Below, in pieces: positions 61,667 to 64,000 of a stretch of DNA of 64,000 nt. The translations under genes and the position numbers were made by a program. How positions within the stretch are numbered: the first letter of the stretch is position 1; every line of letters begins with the position of its first letter. Source of the DNA: Candidatus Bathyarchaeota archaeon. Lineage in GTDB: Archaea > Thermoproteota > Bathyarchaeia > Bathyarchaeales > Bathycorpusculaceae. Under the pieces are notes generated by a model. The model was not told where the DNA came from and did not search any database. It worked only from the letters and a program-made list of their open reading frames with translations. The stretch lies in contig CAWFFH010000003.1 in the NCBI GenBank assembly GCA_963815095.1, forward strand, positions 800,001-864,000. The letters run 5' to 3'.

Positions 61667-61791
61667 GGTTCCTAAGCTACATCTTCAAAAGTAAGAGTCT
61701 TGCGAGTGCTTATTGGGCCAAGGATCCCCTCATGATTGATATTTCGGAAATGACCAATGGGATTTTTTTTAAACATTTTCCTTAAATTTTT

Positions 61792-62350
61792 TCAAGTTAA
61801 TTTTGTGGGTTTGTGGCTCTTGATGAAGGTTCCCTCTTCGAGTTCTTCGAACGCTTTGTCTAATTCCTCTTCAGTGTTCATCACAATTGGTTCTCTCCAC
61901 GCAACTGGCTCGTTCAAAGGTTCACCAGCTACAAAAAGAAATCGAGCACCAGATAGGCTTGAAATTTTAACTGAATCGCCTCTACTGAAAACGGCGCATT
62001 GTCCATTTTTAATTTTCTGATCAGCAACTTCGACAGATCCGTTTATGAAGTAAATAAAAACTATAAGGTTTTTGTGCGTCAAATGTTGGAATTCTTTTCC
62101 AGCAGCCAACTCAACGTCAAAATATTCGGTTTCAGTCGACTGGTCCCGAACGGGTCCTTCAACTCTATCTATTTTACCCGCTATGACTTCAATCGTTTGA
62201 ACGTCTTTCACGAATGTAGGTATTTGCTCATTTGTTATCCCCGATATTTTGGATCAGTCATCTTCCTTTTAGCTGGCTGATTCACCCAGAGCTGAAATCT
62301 CTGCATTAAACCGTCATATTTTTGGAGCAATTCTTGATGGAAAATGCCTG
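61792..62350 (-). pseudogene. Pirin pseudogene (5'-truncated and frameshifted)
   Basis: SGIFHQE...FQLWVN.PA..KM..P.Y in one frame, frameshift about 62237, then AGEPLNEPVAW.EPIVMNT.EEL..AF; N-terminal cupin half missing. Confidence 0.85.
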
Positions 62351-62363
62351 ATTTTAGATTCAT

Positions 62364-62387
62364 TGGTGTTTGAGTTTTGTCACTCAC
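62364..62387 (+). repeat. 24-bp direct repeat copy 1 (TGGTGTTTGAGTTTTGTCACTCAC) containing palindrome TGAGT-N6-ACTCA
   Basis: Identical to 63203..63226. Confidence 0.9.
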
Positions 62388-62457
62388 CCATCCTAATATT
62401 GAATGAACTCTAACTAATTTTTCGCATATGACTTTAGCGTTTGAGGGAGGTGAAAAA

Positions 62458-63054
62458 ATGAATAAGAAAATCTTAGCTTTCATATCTGTACTTCTATTGG
62501 CATCTATGGCCGTACCCGCTCTTGTTCAGGCAACACCTCTGAAGGAAAAAAACAATGACAAATTCCTAACCTGGAGCGACTCAGCAACCTTTAGCCTTTT
62601 TAACATACTCGGTGGTGACCATCAATACGTTCCTTCAGTTGAAGAAACGAATAAACTAGTTATAAACTACGACGAATCATTCATAACTTATACAATTACA
62701 ATCGGCAGCCACACCTACAATCTGGGTACTGACTTCACATACACTGGTCACGTCGAATACACCTATTTTGACCCTGTGTTTGAAGGACCAGCAGGTCTAC
62801 TTTTCCCTTCGTCTTATAGCGCATCACAAGTTAAAGTCGACTATACACTTGACTTTTCAGCCATTGCAGGTGGCGTAGACGGAACCGTTAACATGAGGGC
62901 AGTGTTTGGCCCCGGGAACAGCGGAATAACGAGTTTGTCAGGAACAGGTGACTTACAAAACGTTCAGGTAAAACTTGCCAACGGAGAGTCAGGGGTATCC
63001 GGCTACGTAGTTAGTATCGCGCACGCAGGCTTAGTTTCTGGTTGGCCAGAATAA
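62458..63054 (+). CDS. Secreted beta-rich hypothetical protein
   Basis: GGAGGTGA RBS before ATG 62458; signal peptide MNKKILAFISVLLLASMAVPALVQA; GTGDLQNV motif; oligo-T after stop. Confidence 0.8.
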   Translation: MNKKILAFISVLLLASMAVPALVQATPLKEKNNDKFLTWSDSATFSLFNILGGDHQYVPSVEETNKLVINYDESFITYTITIGSHTYNLGTDFTYTGHVEYTYFDPVFEGPAGLLFPSSYSASQVKVDYTLDFSAIAGGVDGTVNMRAVFGPGNSGITSLSGTGDLQNVQVKLANGESGVSGYVVSIAHAGLVSGWPE

Positions 63055-63202
63055 ATGTGATAGCCGTTAACACTTTTCCCTTTTTTTTTAAATCTTTCAA
63101 GTTAATCCTGCATGAAGCTACATCAACAAAGGAATTAATATTAAAACACAATTTCGAAGTACACTTAGTCTTCTCAACTTATGCTTACCCAACGGAATGC
63201 AA

Positions 63203-63226
63203 TGGTGTTTGAGTTTTGTCACTCAC
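63203..63226 (+). repeat. 24-bp direct repeat copy 2
   Basis: Identical to 62364..62387; 51 bp upstream of ATG 63278. Confidence 0.9.
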
Positions 63227-63277
63227 TTAATCCTATATGCTGAAATCAACTGTTAGGTTAATTGTAAAGGGCGAATT

Positions 63278-63673
63278 ATGCCAGAAATCAAATGGACAAC
63301 ACTATCCCAAGTTAATCCTCAACAAAACTACTTCGCCTATGCTGCACTTGCAGAACGGAAAACCGCTTGGTCCTATTTTAGTTACCTTATGAGAGCACGA
63401 AAAATCCAAAACCAGCTAAACCACACGGAAGGAATAGTTGGTTTTACGGCGCGATTGGATTTCCTCAGCAAAAAAGTAATCCAGTTAGCCGTCTTCAAAA
63501 ATGAAAACTCTCTCAAAGAGTTTGCGCATTCTGGACAACACGCCAACTGCATGGCAAACACAAAAAGCAGCATGAAATGGCTCAAACAATCCACTTGGAA
63601 TATTTTAGGCTCTGAAATTCCTCCAAACATGCCTGATGCTCTTAATAGGATTGAAGCGGAGGTGAGAACATAA
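63278..63673 (+). CDS. DUF3291/ABM-like dimeric alpha-beta barrel protein
   Basis: QL....GIVGF, F.NE.SLKEFA.SG.H...M pattern. Confidence 0.65.
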   Translation: MPEIKWTTLSQVNPQQNYFAYAALAERKTAWSYFSYLMRARKIQNQLNHTEGIVGFTARLDFLSKKVIQLAVFKNENSLKEFAHSGQHANCMANTKSSMKWLKQSTWNILGSEIPPNMPDALNRIEAEVRT

Positions 63674-64000
63674 CTAGAATTGAAAGAACCCTTGAAATTA
63701 ATGCATAACCAGAAAAAATCTTTGGTCTTCTAAATTGGGAAAACAGTGTTCAATGGTATTCAGCGTTTAAGACAGTTCAGCGTACTTCTACAATTAAGAA
63801 TGCTGTAGGCGAAACTGTTCATATAATTGGCGAAGTTGCTGGCACTAAAGCGGAATGGGATGGAGAGACAACTGAATCAGTGGAGAATGTAAGGCATGCC
63901 TGGCGTTCAATAGGTGGAAGCTTTACTGGTTTTGGATCCTTTAATCTCGCCCCGACTGACAACGGAACTAAAGTGTCAATGATGATGGATTATGAGTTAC
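63670..64000 (+). pseudogene. SRPBCC/polyketide cyclase family pseudogene, runs off window end
   Basis: After GGAGGTGA: (ATA)TRIERTLEINA*PEKIFGLL.W...W...AWRS...F.L.PT.NGTKV....DYEL; ATA in place of ATG and in-frame TAA at 63706-63708. Confidence 0.75.

Noticed and set aside
62235-62483. 82-aa minus-strand ORF as an independent gene
   Set aside because: Its 3' part is the frameshifted pirin fragment and its 5' part reads through the repeat and promoter of the opposite-strand gene.
1-64000. CRISPR array or cas genes
   Set aside because: No run of equal repeats with unique spacers seen; the 24-bp repeat has only two copies 839 bp apart; no cas motifs.

Overview
Archaeal chromosomal segment. 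Evidence: EF-1beta with its upstream Zn-finger gene, CDC48, archease/RtcB, Sec11-type signal peptidases, an Elf1-like gene, TATA/oligo-T signals and GGAGGTGA-type RBSs. The mix of MtrH plus corrinoid protein, a large PQQ-propeller surface protein and membrane-anchored wHTH regulators suggests a TACK archaeon, most likely Bathyarchaeia (inference). About 1-52.8 kb is mostly housekeeping and metabolism: a C1/corrinoid neighbourhood (B12 radical SAM, MtrH, corrinoid protein, CbiZ, ferredoxin, two paralogous Cys/His TIM-barrel-like unknowns), GT-C glycosyltransferases, tldD/tldE, an alpha-glucan operon, tRNA-Gly(TCC), rtcB/adk/archease, an NAD(P)-type methylene-H4MPT dehydrogenase and tandem signal peptidases. 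About 52.9-64 kb is an accessory island. It opens with an orphan HTH plus terminase-large-subunit pair (no portal, capsid or integrase seen; in-frame TGA at the ATPase/nuclease junction). It continues with mostly co-oriented, unrelated single genes, several preceded by a palindrome TRAGT-N6-ACTYA (including an exact 24-bp direct repeat), plus micro-ORFs and two pseudogenes. I saw no CRISPR array, rRNA or transposase. All functional calls come from motif recognition by eye; no database searches were run.
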